Of a stretch of DNA of 64,000 nucleotides, positions 1 to 12,895 are shown one piece after another (within the stretch, counting starts at the first letter, position 1; the number at the start of each line of letters is the position of its first letter). The DNA is from Callorhinchus milii (Eukaryota). Both the position numbers and the translations under genes were made by a program. The stretch covers positions 2,730,001 to 2,794,000 of the forward strand of contig NW_024704742.1 of the NCBI RefSeq assembly GCF_018977255.1. Direction: 5' to 3'. The notes beneath the pieces were generated by a model that was given only the letters and a program-made list of their open reading frames with translations, ran no database searches and was not told the origin of the DNA.

Positions 1-700
1 AGTGGAAGCCATCAAAATGTGCTGCCTCCAGTGCCAGCGAAAGCGTTGCAGTATAAACTCCTGTGATCAGAAGTGTGAGCCGCTGTTAATGCAATTCTGT
101 GTCCTTGATTAATAGCGTCTGTCAAATGATTCAACTCTGTCTGAATCCAACTGGAAGCACGATCAGAAATATTTAACAAACTATTTAATATTTAACACAG
201 TAAATGCATTAAGTTCCACCATAATTAATACACGATCGATAAAAGAAGCAATGGGCTGTCTCTGCCACAGAAGAAATACCGACTATTCAGTTTTCCCTCG
301 TGATTTGGGTTAGGTTTTGTGAATTCCGAAAAATCTATTTCACAATAGCTCCGAAACGTACTGGTTTCTTGTATCTGAACCACTTTTGTCCTCGTAGCTA
401 TTAACCAGTCGTCGGAATTTCCTCTCATTAATCTCTTACTGTTTTCGGTCTTACAAAATGAGTCGTCTCTTGCGAAATGTTCAAAGGATTTCTCCTTACT
501 CAGTCCGGCAGTCTCCTGCAAAGCAGTCATCAGTTATTCTTCCTGGAACACAACACTCTGTATCTCTTTCCCTTACATTGATTTACTCGCATCGATTCAC
601 ATTAGAATTCCGCACCTAACAACTCAGGGGAATGAATCTCTCTGTGTTCTATGTTTTGTGGGCGATCTTTCCATTCTAAATGTTTTCCTCTTCCAACAGA

Positions 701-734
701 AATATATATGTAAATATATATATATATATATATA
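701..734. repeat. (TA)n microsatellite
   Basis: Read directly. Confidence 0.9.
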
Positions 735-819
735 AAAACCTAGGGGTGGGAATTTCTACTGGTTGGTAAAGTGGATAAATGAGTGGAATTTCATCGCACA
801 AGTAAGACACAATCTCTGA

Positions 820-1250
820 CACCTGAGGCGGGCAGCGAACACGAGCAGTAAAACCACCTCTCGCGACTTGGTCACGAGGCGAGTTGGAACCTTATGGGGC
901 CCTAAACTGCCTCGCGACAAGCTTTCTTTGCCATGATCCCTTAAAAGGATAGAAAGCCACGCGACACATTCACAATCATCCGACTCACCTCTTTCCAAAT
1001 CGCTCTCCGGTTTACGCAAAGTAAGGACGGAGATTTACGTGCAATCGCACCGACTCTTTTTCCAATCAAAGGAGCGGAATGGGCTCCGCCCCAGGAGGAA
1101 TGCCAGTTCACCCCGGACACCGGATAAGTCGGAACAAAATTTCCCGGCCCCGATTCATTTGTGTCTTTACCTGTTTTATAAGTCCTGGACAACAATCCAG
1201 TTCATCCGGGCAAAATGCCTCGTCGGTCGCTGCTGAATGTGCTCTCTCTC
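820..1250. promoter_or_regulatory. CpG-rich promoter-like island
   Basis: Dense CpGs against a depleted background. TCGCGA at 861-866 and 912-917, CCAAT at 1062-1066, GC box CTCCGCCCC at 1084-1092. Confidence 0.4.
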
Positions 1251-1526
1251 TCTCGAGCCTTCTGCAACTTTTAAGGTGATAATAGGGTTGAAGCAACTTT
1301 TTGGTCACCCTGTATATCAATATATTATTGTTTGGTGAGCAACTCATCGCATTCTCAGCTTGTGGGTGTGAGGACTCGTGAAGTGACGGTTATCCCGGGA
1401 ATTTTATCTGAGTGCTGTGTGCTTGTGCCCATTTACCTTTGTAAACCTTGGTTGTATAAGCTTGTGGCGTGGATTTAGTGAAAACTGAAATAAATCATTA
1501 TTAAGTAATAAGATGAATTCCAGCCT

Positions 1527-1624
1527 ATAATAATAATAATCCTTACATTTGATATAGCGCCTGATGGCGTCTTCTAGATGTCTCAATGTGCTTCACAGAA
1601 TATACTGTACAGTGAATTAACTAT
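1527..1624 (-). mobile_element. 5'-truncated SINE 3' end
   Basis: (TAA)n-ccttacatttgatatagcgc…gcttcacagaatatactgta matches the family tail. Confidence 0.75.
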
Positions 1625-3989
1625 AAGTCTTGTGGCCGTTAGCATTCTCATCTCAGCGTCAGAGACTGGAGGTTCAAGCCACAAATTGGGGCTTAGCTCA
1701 CAGTCTAGGCTGATGCCCTAATGGGAAATGCTGCATTGTCAGGTGCCTAAATTCACTTTTAACCCAATTCCTAATGGCTATGGTACCACAGCGCAAACAC
1801 GTCCTGAATATCGTGCAAATTATTAACTGCCTGTTAATACCCTTCAGCATTGTGTTGTACCATTTCTCAAAGAAAGAGAAAAAATGGAATGAGTGGATAC
1901 AGACATTGCCTATTATTGCTTCCTATTCATCTTGGCTCATTGACTGCATTGCTATAATACTATCTTCGGCTCTCAGACCCTTCACTATCCATCAATAATC
2001 AATTGAAATGCATCTGCAGCTGATGTAGATGTGGTGCTGAATAGCAAATTGTGCGTTTTTCATATAATAGTCAGGATTATTGGTGTCAAAAATCACTGGT
2101 TGCAATTCATATGAGATTGAAGATTGTATCATTCTTTTCAGGCAGATGCATCTAACGTTTAATAGTTGGTACTTTATCACTTCAGGAATGTATCAAACTT
2201 ATTCCAATTGATTCTGCCATATTTTTCATATAAGTCCATTTCATATGGTACCATTTCAGTATCAATTAACCTACTTTTGTTTTCGTCCCTACAACCTACT
2301 ATTATTAATTCATACCCCGTGATCAGTTTTTGTGTCTGAGTTTTATACAACCCACCAGGTGTGTCTGCGGACAGTATAGATAATTCAGAATCCACAGCAC
2401 TCTTTAACAGTACCGTGGGTAAAGCTATATGCTCAACACAATAGAGAAGCTGATCGTTAAATCACAACCAGTTAGATTGGTGATGGATCATTCATATTCC
2501 AGAATAAAAAAAATTACTGCCATGTTATTTCAATGCACAATCATAATCCTTGGGTTTAATGGAGCATCTATAATGTCAAATTTTCTGAAACCACTTTGCA
2601 GGTTAATTGTTGTCAAGTCTGGTAACTGGTGGTTGTAGGCAAAGACACAGCCAATTTGTTCATGGCTTATTAAGTTAATGATTTATTTAAAGGGTGGATT
2701 TTTGACCAGGAAGAAGAGAAACTTTTTTTCCAATGATTTCAAAGGATCTTTAACGTCTTAATTTAACATTGTACTTGAAGGAGGGCATCTCTGACAATCC
2801 AGTGCTCCCCAGCACTGCAGTGAAATGTCAGCCTAGACCAGGAGCTTAAAGTCCTGGAGTTGGGCTTGATTTCATGACAGTCTGGCCTATGCAGGTGGGG
2901 GTGTTACCAACTGGGACATGAATCACATTTTATTATATTTCGCCCACAAAGCACCCCTCGTCACATTACTTTACAGTTTGTCCCGTGAAGCGCTTTGAGA
3001 CGTCTCAATAGTGTGCTGTATTCAAACGCAAAGAGTATTATTAATAGTAATGTGAAAATTTGATTTAAGTTATATGTGAGAGCACGGGAACACGTTGTGC
3101 CAAACTTAGCGGAAGAATTGCACTTTCAGTGAGTTGGCTGGTTACCAGCAAATTCATCCCAAAGCTGGTGGTTAGGGGACATGGAAGCTGGCCTCCGTCT
3201 GATGGGAATCCAAGGGGTCAATGTTTGGGAATGTTTGTGCTCTGATGAGAAACCTAACTGCTTCTCATTTGTCTCGGTGACGCCCAAAACTCTGATTGAA
3301 ATTCCGATGATGCGTGGATAGTTACCTCTCTCCAAGATCAGGGTAAGTCATCTGAATGTGTCACTGGTTGCCACCCAGTCAGTCTGGTCCTCTGTAACTA
3401 CTGGATCTTTCCTTGACTTTTCTCAGCCTTGAAAACCTGCTCCTTAAGTTACACCTCGTAACTTTACACAACAGGCAACATCGGTTTCGAGAGAGACCGT
3501 ATATTTTTTGGTTGACAGATTGATTTTTTTTTCAGAAGGATCAGAAACGAAACCCAGCCAGCATATTACCACCGGACGTGCTAGCTTTTGAAAAGGATAT
3601 TTGTTTCCATTTCTGGAAGGGCATTGTTTGCTAAAATCAATAGGATTTCCTGAGTCAAGTGTCTGTCCAAGCTCACTCTTTAGTCTAATGATTCTTAGAA
3701 TACATTTCGGATGATCTGATCTGATAGAGTTAGTCTTTCCAATACAATAGCCCTGATTTGTGTCAGCAAACAGTTTTGCTTCACTTTGGTGATAGAATAA
3801 CAAAGGGTGACAATCTAAGGATGTAATGAAAAAAAAATCTGGAAATGGACAGCAGGTTGATCGGTATCTGAAAGAAAAAAAGTTATTTAAAGGCATTCTG
3901 TGTGACTTATCACCAGAGCTCAGAAGTGGGGCTTGTGCCTCAGACCTGGAGACGTTCACTCGGATTTCTTCGTATCGGTGTTTGACAAT

Positions 3990-4633
3990 GTTTGAGCGCT
4001 ACTTCTTCTTGTCGGGAGTGTGCCACATTCGGGTGGCACGTGCACATGAAAATTTCCCTGGGTCTAGAATGGAATGCGTACTCTCAACCTGGAGGAAAAC
4101 ACCCTGCTTAACTAATTCCAGAGAGCATTACATGAGGGTTGGCAAACAAACAAGGATTGGGGTGTGCTCCAGAGTGTGCTCTGGGATGCTGCTGGGGTTT
4201 AACCAGCTAAAACCACATAGCTTGCCATTAGGAGCACTGTCTATAAAATATTTCCCGTTGCTTGGATCACCCTAACCGTTAGGGTGCGAAGGGTTAACAG
4301 GAGCTGAGAGGGAAAATTCTGCGCTCTCATTGACTAGACTGCCCCTCAAAGTCCTGCCGATGAGGCAGCTCTGTGATTTTGTGGCATTTCTCCCACAAAA
4401 TATACAGTCAACTCACTTTACAGTATATTCTGTGAAGTGCTTTGAGACGTCTCGAAGACATAAAAAGGCGCTAAGTCAAATGCGAGGATTATTATTATTA
4501 TCGGTAGTATCCTGGAGTACTACAGACTCACTTGGCTCAAGAACCAGGCTATTGAGACTGCCACAGAGGTTGGACTCAATTCTGACCTTCTGTTGCCAAT
4601 GGGCTCACCTTCAAGAAGTTCAGCTCCAAGAAG
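3990..4633 (-). mobile_element. Fourth copy of the old CCHC element, interrupted by a SINE
   Basis: Minus-strand SVAVSIAWFLSQV and ctggaattagttaagcagggtgttttcctccagg…gcattccattctagac. Confidence 0.6.
4376..4500 (+). mobile_element. 5'-truncated SINE 3' end inserted in an older element
   Basis: cccacaaaatatacagtcaactcactttacagtatattctgtgaag…(TTA)n. Confidence 0.8.
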
Positions 4634-4930
4634 ACAACAACAACAACACAATTCCATGTGTAAAGCGCCTTTCATGTCGGGAAGACGTCCCAAGGCGCTG
4701 GACAAACAGAGTTATGGACCTGAGCTGGGGGTCAGGGTCAGGGAGGGTGGAGGGCAGTGGTGGGGGGGGGAAGCAGGGAGATCGAAAGCACGGGTCGAAG
4801 AGAAGGGTCTTGAGGTGGGTCTTGAAGGTGGCGAGGGAAGGGGGGGGGTGGGGGCGAGGCGGAGGGACTGCGGGATGGAGTTCCAGAGGGTGGAGGCAGA
4901 GTGACGGAAGGTCCGCCCGGAGCGAGGCGA
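4634..4930 (-). mobile_element. L2 LINE 3' fragment
   Basis: (ACA)n tail, 3' stem-loop gcgcctttcatgtcgggaagacgtcccaaggcgc, and the ORF2 C-terminal LWNS.P motif on the minus strand. Confidence 0.8.
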
Positions 4931-7900
4931 GGTTTACCTCCCAATCCCCAGAAGGACAGTGAGCTCAAACTCTCCTAACACATCCATGGACTTTATTGGC
5001 CTTGCCTCGCAATCAGGCAGGGATTTAACATGGAGAATTGTCAGTGTTAACCAGAGGCACCGCACAGGGCATGTAACATGAGATTAGCCAGTGGCCAATG
5101 ATTGTTGAAGCCTCTTTGAACCGCAATACGTACGTGATGCTAATTTTGTGTGCCTCTGAGAAAGGATGTCACAAGCCTGACTGTTTAGTAGGTTACTTTT
5201 GGCACCACAAACCCTTGACTACAAATGGACAATCCCCCTGGTTCGTGTCAAACATTCAAGCGCATGTAAAATCCGTTTGGTTGTGGCCTGAATAGATGCT
5301 GGTAGGACATCACAGCAGAAAATTGTGAACTCTGCATAACCCTTTAATTCATCGGAGACAGAACACTGCTCGCTCAATTAACCATGATCAAGTAACGTGG
5401 GTGTTTGGCTGCTTACGGGTTGGTTCCGATTATCTCAATGGCCTTTTCTGAGGCGTTGGTTTGGTTTCCTTGTCTGTAGCCTGTGGTAGTGATGGGAATG
5501 TACGGTTAACGTATTCCAAAGCAAAGAACTGGCAGCGAATCTGTATTGTATTTTATTATTATTATTATCCTTGCATCTGACATGGCACGTTATTTTGATG
5601 TTCCTGAAGTCCAAGTCTCACGCCACACACTGGACCTGTGTTGGGACCTTGCTGCCCTGCCGCAGAATGATCCCAATGTGGATAATTGAACACCCAGATG
5701 TTTGCAGTGTGAATGCGCAGTGGTCGGTGCTTTTCATTCTCTCCCTTGGTCAGCTGGATGCGGTTAAACCTCAGACCCAATGAGGAACGTGACGAACACA
5801 GGCAGTAGCTGTGCATTGTATTGAGTACATTTCCCGTTGGTCCTTGACGGGCAGAATTGAATGGGGGGCAGGCAAAGGGACATCTTTGTACACTGGGGAC
5901 CCTGAGTATTAAGCTCAGTACACTTTTACGGAGGCTCGCTTTAACAGTGTTACTGATCAGCCCTTTTGTATGTGCAGATGTGAGGGTTTAAAGACAAAGC
6001 ACTGACTTTAGTGTTCCCTGTGGGAATCTTTTACGTCAACTTCTGCCTGCGCTTTACAACACCGTGCCAGTCCTCACAACCTGAAAGAATCGAAATTAAA
6101 TATGCTGCCTTGACTCACCGTCTGTTTACTCGAATATATTACCGGTCGACCTTTATCATTGAGTTGTTTTTCTATTTTTTAATAAGGGTAATTTAAGATT
6201 TCATTCAATACTTTTTTTGGAGCGGGTTATTTGGTAACATGATTAAAGCGGTAAATAATGCAGCGTCTTGCATTATAATGTGACAGACGTTCGAAAACAA
6301 TACAGCTCGCTCGCACCATCCAGGAAGAAAGATATCACGGTTCACATGAAGCCAACTGAAGTTGACGTTGTCAAAAGCCAGGAAGAAAATCAACAAATAA
6401 TCCATCATAATTCACGGCACAAGAATCATGAATGTATTTCAAGGCCAGTCAATGCGATGACGCTGAATTGTTTGGCAAAGTATAAATTGTTTGACATTAT
6501 CTCGTCGTGTATTGACAGCAGATGTTGACAAGGTTGGGATGCAAAATGCGTACTTTGTAATCATCGCTGATTCAAATCATCACATCAGCCGAAAAATCAA
6601 TTAAAAAGCCTTTATGTTTTGCGATTGAACATTCGACGGATAGCTCAAAATTCAAACAGAAATTGCAGTTTTATTATATGCATTAATTACTGCGTTCAGT
6701 CAAATCAGGTTTGCGTTACAGATTTCCAAGATTAAACAGTAACCAACAGTAGCCATTTATATTGTATTTTTTTTTGGTTGCCTTTTTAATACTGTACATA
6801 TGTAAAAATGGCTCTGTTCTTTTCTTTCTCTTCCCGCGCCAAGTTTTTACTTAGTGTGGGCAGGACACCTCACTCAGAGGCTTTTGCCCAATATGCCACT
6901 TAACCGGCGGGGCAAGAAGTATGAACTTTGTCCTGAAATTAGAGAAAGAAATTGCAAGTGACTCATCTTCTGATTTCTTTTCTCTCTCCTGTTTTCTCTC
7001 CGTTCTTTGAACAAGTCTGGGAGTAGTGCATGGTGTTGGGGAGACGATGGGAGCAAACGGCTGTCAGGACATTCACAAGGCCATATTGAAAGCCGAGAGG
7101 GCTACTGACTAAGCCAGGTTGACAAACAAATGTCGAATTAACCTGAATTTTTAGGAAATGATCTTGTATCTTGGCTCTGAAAGTGAGCGAGTCTGCCGAT
7201 GAGTGTGTTATATCATAAGCCCCGCCCCCTCATCCCACCCCTTGGTACAGAAGTCCACCGGTTGTATAAGCGGAGCCAGCAAGATTAACGTGGGACTCAG
7301 GTGAAGCAGCACAGTGATCATTCGGTTATGTGTTTCCAGCGATCGCTGAGTATTCTTTGCAGAACGCATGTGTGTCTGCTACCGAGGTCAGCGGCAGGGA
7401 CCTTGGCTAATGTGGACATTGACGTTCGGCTCGGTAGATTCGATAAGACAGGAGTGATAGGGCAATCAGGGATTTCTTAGCGCTGTATTCTTTGACAAGA
7501 GACTGACAGCACAACGAGATCTAATTGCTGCCTGTACAATGTCTCCACCTGGATTGAAAATGATATTGTTATTGTAGTCGTTGTTAATCCCAGAGATTCT
7601 TGATTGTCTAATAATCATAATAATAATAAGACGTGAAAAGCGCTATATCAAATGCAAGGATTATTATTTATTATGCATTAGTATTATTATATAATAATCA
7701 AATGAGGATTTGGGGCAGATTTTTTTTGAAAATTCGCTTTCAATTTTGGCAATAAAAAGCAATACCTTTTCTTTTCACTTGTCTCATTCTCGCTCAAATG
7801 GTAGGATTAATGCACTGTTTTTCATTAAAAGGAATATTATCCGAGAGAGACTGAGCGACAGAGAGATTGAAAAGGAGATGAGAGCATCGTGCATGTTGTC

Positions 7901-9889
7901 TGCACATACGCAGTCACTACATTTCACAGAAATATCCCGTGAAACCTTTTGAGATGTTTTGATGATGTGATCAGACATGATATCGAACGCAAGGATTGTT
8001 ATTTTGTTATTGCAAGTGCCGGTTAAGCTCTAAAATCAGTGCATCGTGCTGCTCTCTCGGTTGTAGTTTAGGCCTTCTACCCAAGGTGAGGTCTGGGTTA
8101 AGCTGTTGGACCACTAGGTTGTGACCTTCCGAGCACAGCCAAACCTTTTTCAATTAGAAGCGTAATGCATTGGATGATACATTGGACCACTGACTTCCTG
8201 CAGAATTGTATCATGAATAAAATAATAGATGTACAATTTCATCTTATCAAGTACTGATAAAACTTATCATCGTTCCCTCTCCGTTTTAATACAAGAGAAA
8301 GGTTTCCAAAATCTAACATTTCTTAATCAACCTTCTAAATGAAAATGGCTTATAAAGCTTTTATAAACCCTTTTCCATTATGTGGTGCATTAGGTATTCT
8401 GTAAAATTGTCTTGTTAGCCCTATTATTTATTTAGTGTTCATTTTGTTATACATGTAATGGATCTTTCAGCTTTTGACTGTGTGAATTCACCTTCAAAAT
8501 TATACAAGGGCTAATTTTCCTCCAGACTTTGCAGCGATTTTCTCTTGAAACCGCTGACTCTTTCTGGTGTTAAGTCACCAGATTCCCTAACTTGCCTAAA
8601 CGGCTAATGTTTGTGGGTAAGAGTAGGCAGTAAGAGTTTCCAGATTATTCAACCCTGTGATTGGGGAGCGAAACAGTCATCACAGTTGGATCCGATCCTA
8701 TCCACGCCCAGAGTCAACAAACACCTTCTGCAAAAGATCACAACATGAGTTCCCCTCCGAGATGTCTTCTCTCAAGTCTCTCAAGTCTTAGCTTATCTGT
8801 TCATTGCTCATTGCTCCAACAGTGAGGATCATCCTCGGTGATCTCCTCTGCATTGCCTTTCAGGTCCGTTCAGCCCCCTCTACTTATGTCGTGGTGACCA
8901 TACCTACTTGCGGAAACGTCTCTCCAAAGTGATGAGAAGCCCTCCTGGATGTGCCCCAGTTAATAATTGCCCGGGGACGTTTATAGATGAACGTTTATTC
9001 CATGAATTGTCACTGAAGCATAAGGCCTGTTGGCAACAGGATCAAAGGCACTGCCTGGAACTAAATAGTCTTTGTATGAAATCGCTTAAATAATAATAAT
9101 AGTAATAATAACCCTTGCATTTCATATAGCGTCTTATCACGTCGTTGAGACATCTCAAAGAGCTTCACAGAATATATCATTAGGTGAATTGACTATATTC
9201 TTTGGTCTCTAAACTCAAGGGTGGGAACACTGCAACAGGTATCGACTGGGGCAGGAGCAGGAAATCCTGCAATGTGATAATGTGACTCTTATTGATTTAC
9301 CTACACAGAGCAACTTTATTTTTAACTTTATCTCTTGGTGCTGGAAAGCTTCATGCTCAGGAGGTAATTGATCCCATGTAACTTGTTTTTTTAGCAGTAT
9401 AAATTCATTACTAATTCTAGTCAATGCAACACAGCACAATTTTATTTCAGATTTATATTTGCTTCTGTGAATATAATATGGAACGTCTTCGCATAAACAA
9501 AACAACCAAAACTGGTATGTCATCCGCATAATAAGTGGGTTGGCTGATGTGAAATAAAAAAAAACTGTGGGAAGTTGAAGAGACGCACTTTATTTGCTTT
9601 AATTTCACCCTGTCTTAGCTGAAGGAACATTTGGTCTCAAAAATTACTTTCACACAGAATTGGGGGAAAATTCGCAATTTGAAAGCTTTCTTTTTAAGCA
9701 AAGTTCAGAAAATCGGTTTCCACGTTGTGACGGAATTTAAGAATTTCTCCCAATTCCCCACGGCTTAGGTTTGAAGGCAAACGGTTTTAACTGGCGAGGT
9801 CTAAGAGTTCTGCCATTGGAATAGCTAAGTGTTTCTCTCTTCTCCTCCGACGATATATTATTGCAGTACATTTACTTTAATAGATACTT

Positions 9890-10155
9890 TGCACACTGAG
9901 TGATTCACATTTAATGCAGTAATTGCTAATGCTGTAAAGCAATGCTCTACAGTTTTAGCACACCCAACAGCACGGACTCAGTAAAATGCGTGTCAAGCAT
10001 GGGCTATTTAGCCAGTCATGGTGACTTTGTAATAATGAGGTTTTAATGCAGCAATTAGTAAATGCTTTCGATTGTGTTGTGATGGTACTTGTGTTTTATT
10101 ATGCCTGCAGCTGATTAAAGCCAGTCAGAATATTGACATTCATTTTACAAACACC
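9890..10155. promoter_or_regulatory. Candidate conserved non-coding enhancer
   Basis: Unique sequence with dense TAAT/ATTA motifs (TTTAATGCAG twice, TGATTAA, TTGACA). Confidence 0.35.
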
Positions 10156-10930
10156 TCTTTTTCTCAGGGGAAAAAAAATCGGAATAATGTCCTTCTTCCA
10201 GAGGTTCGTGCTTCTTAACACAATGCTTTGGTGATTTGCGCATGTGTTTGCAAGTACCCTCCTCCACGGCCAAACACCAGCCTTTTTGGAGGTGGGGGTG
10301 GGGAGGGGGGGGAGGGTTGATTTGTTTGCAAGTTTCTAGTACTTATGTGCTTCTGGGCCATTTATGTATTAAGCGAGCTCCTGCTCCAACGAGGCACCTT
10401 GTTGTGGGGTGATCCTGTTTTGGATAAGTATGATCAAAAGTAAATAAATGTAAATGTTAGTCTCCTCTTTCTGGATGCCGAGGTTTAACCTGAATATATA
10501 GACAGTTTAACATCTTATCCCAAGCTTGGCAGCTGTGGTGATGCATTGATCTCCGCACCCAAGGTTATCTATGAGCCTTGGACTCACAATCTCCTGACCC
10601 AGAAGCAAGAGTGCTAATAATTGAGCCAAGGTAACACCTACATTGAAGGTTGTGTGGTAGAACTCAGTTTTTCTGATTTCTGCCAGATGATACAATACAG
10701 AATTACATTTGTATAGCGCCTTTCGTGTCGGGAGGACATCCCAAGGTGCTGTGACTTGATGCTGCTGATTGTTTTTTTGCTTTGATTTTAACTGTTTGCT
10801 TTTCTCTCGACCAACGGCAAATTTCGCGCTTAGAGAACAGAAAAGAGAGTCGAAAGGACAATCATAAAAATATTGTATCCATATTTATTGTCTGTCTAAC
10901 GTTGTGAATATAGCAATATTTGATCGAACA

Positions 10931-10962
<32 letters not shown>
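10931..10962. repeat. (AATC)8 microsatellite
   Basis: Read directly. Confidence 0.95.
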
Positions 10963-10963
<1 letters not shown>

Positions 10964-11432
10964 TGTACCTGTTCCTGATCAGGTTTCTTCAAATCAGTCC
11001 AAGCTCATATTTTTATCGGACACCGTCAACTGGCTCAATCATGCACCCATCAATCCTTCTCAGAATCAGCAAATCCAAGCAGTGTTATTATTCGAGGTAC
11101 TCTGATAGATCTGCAAACCAAGAATCAGTCATCGACACCGCGGTCTTTTCTGCTGCATCAGTAAAATTGCAGAGTCTTAACTCTTCAAACTAAATGATTT
11201 TACAGAACCAAGACGTAGTGTAATTTTAGGCAGTAATCAGCAATGATATACATTTATATAATGTCTTCCAGTATAAAGGACACAGTTCTTGGAGCTCTCC
11301 ACTGTGTTGGGGTGGAAGTTGAGCCAGGGAGAATGGGGAGAGGGAGGTGACTAACGGCACGGTCTCAGAGGGAGTTTAAATCTGTCGATGGTTCTTTTGG
11401 TTTAAAGAATTGTGGCTCGTTTTCTTTTTCAG

Positions 11433-11586
11433 GATATTCCTTCACCGGGAGCGTATGACGTTCACGGTGCCTTTGACAGGATGCAGGGAAGAGGACCCTG
11501 TTTCCTCGAGGATACAAAGTGTGCGTCGTTTATGAGTACTGAGCCAAGGGAACTCAAAATTGGGTTAGGCAGTCAAGGCATACCCG
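11433..11586 (+). CDS. STPG2: Internal coding exon (154 nt, phase 0 to 1) of a sperm-tail PG-rich repeat protein, STPG2-like: DIPSPGAYDVHGAFDRMQGRGPCFLEDTKCASFMSTEPRELKIGLGSQGIP(G)
   Basis: Strong acceptor (ttttctttttcag|GAT) and donor (CCCG|gtaagt). Open frame with a PSPGAYDV PG-rich repeat and ASFxSxxPR motif. Joins in frame to 39761 (G+GA=Gly). Confidence 0.88.
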
Positions 11587-12230
11587 GTAAGTGTTTGGCA
11601 AGCTATGTCATGATATTATTTATTATTTCACACGCATTGCTATTGCCTTGCTGTGGTGTCCGTAATGGCCTTGTTATTGTTTGAGTTTTACCCGGACAAG
11701 AATTTGAAAAAAAAATCTATTCTGATCATTAATTAACAATTAATTCAAGAGAGTTTGAAATAAAATTGCGCCCACTCATTTTATGGGCGGAGAGCTCACA
11801 TTAATACTTTTGTCACTGTTGGTAGGAATCTCTGTAGAACATAGTTTCATTGTTTTCACGTACTTCTATTTGCTCTCTTTACAACATGGAGTTGATAATT
11901 TTTTTGCACCATCAAAATGTAAACTGTTTTAAGGTTTTTTTTTATATTCAGGTGACTCTTCAGATGTCTTTACAATTGTTGAAAATCTAAGCCACGTTGG
12001 AAGTATTTTAAGAGGATACATCTATTTTTGTCTTAATCTTTGTCTCGAGCTTGACAAATCTCGTTCGTACTGTTAATTGTACAATAGAAGTGAAAAGTCT
12101 TGCCTCAGCAACAAGGCACAATTATCCTTTACCCACTGCAAATTAGTTTTGACGAGATCATACATTAGTTACTTACACAGGGATTTTACAGTCAGAGCTG
12201 CATCAAAGGACACAGTCGAAGTAACACAAT

Positions 12231-12545
12231 AATAAAAATAATCCTTACGGTTGGTATAGCGCTTTTCACACGATTTACTTAAAGTGCAGTGAGTGCGTAA
12301 TGTGTGCACTAACTCGACAGCAAATTTGGAACCAGCAAGGTCCCACAAACAGTTGTAAAGGGAATGTAATCAATTTTATTTGGGGGGGATTGTTGGCCTG
12401 GGCACCAGTAGAAACTCCCTTCGCTTTTCAATTTGTGCCATGAGAACTTTCACATCCATCTGAATAGGCAGATGGGACCTCAATTTAAATCTCATCCAAA
12501 AGACGACACATCCGACAATGTAGAACCCCCCCAGCGCTGCATTTC
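12231..12545 (-). mobile_element. Old Deu-domain SINE fragment abutting the young SINE
   Basis: Tail (aataatccttac…tatagcgcttttcac), gtcccacaaacag body and Deu-like gggacctcaatttaaatctcatccaaaagacg. Confidence 0.7.
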
Positions 12546-12558
12546 TCTAGGGGACTGT

Positions 12559-12895
12559 TATAATAATTGTGATAATAATAATAATAATCCTTGCATTTAA
12601 TATAGCTCTTTTCACGTCTTCTCGACGTCTCAAAGCGCTTCACAGAATATACTGTAAAGTGAATTGACTGTATATTTGCGGACGAAACGCTGCAGCCAAT
12701 TGTGCACAGCAGCGTCCCCACAAACAGCTGTGGATTGAGTGACCGAATTATTATTTTATTTTTAAAAATTTTTTGAGGGATTATTATCAGACGTGTGGAG
12801 TAAGGAAACTTGCCCAAGGTTTCGCCCTGCCGGGAATCGAACCCAGGTCACTCGCTTGCGAGGCGAGTGCTTTAACCACTGAGCTACAGGACTCC
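12559..12895 (-). mobile_element. Full-length young tRNA-Ala-derived SINE (SINE2-1_CM-like)
   Basis: Reverse complement starts GGAGTCCTGTAGCTCAGTGGTTAAAGC (A box), has GGTTCGATTCC (B box), the shared body and a (TTA)n tail. Confidence 0.9.

Noticed and set aside
4330..4962. 210-aa ORF (longest in the window)
   Set aside because: It spans a SINE tail, an old element and an antisense L2, so it is a chance open frame.
8864..9093. Possible extra STPG2 exon (ctttcag|GT CCG…, open to a stop)
   Set aside because: Good acceptor, but no PG-repeat similarity, no convincing donor, and the stop falls in a SINE tail.
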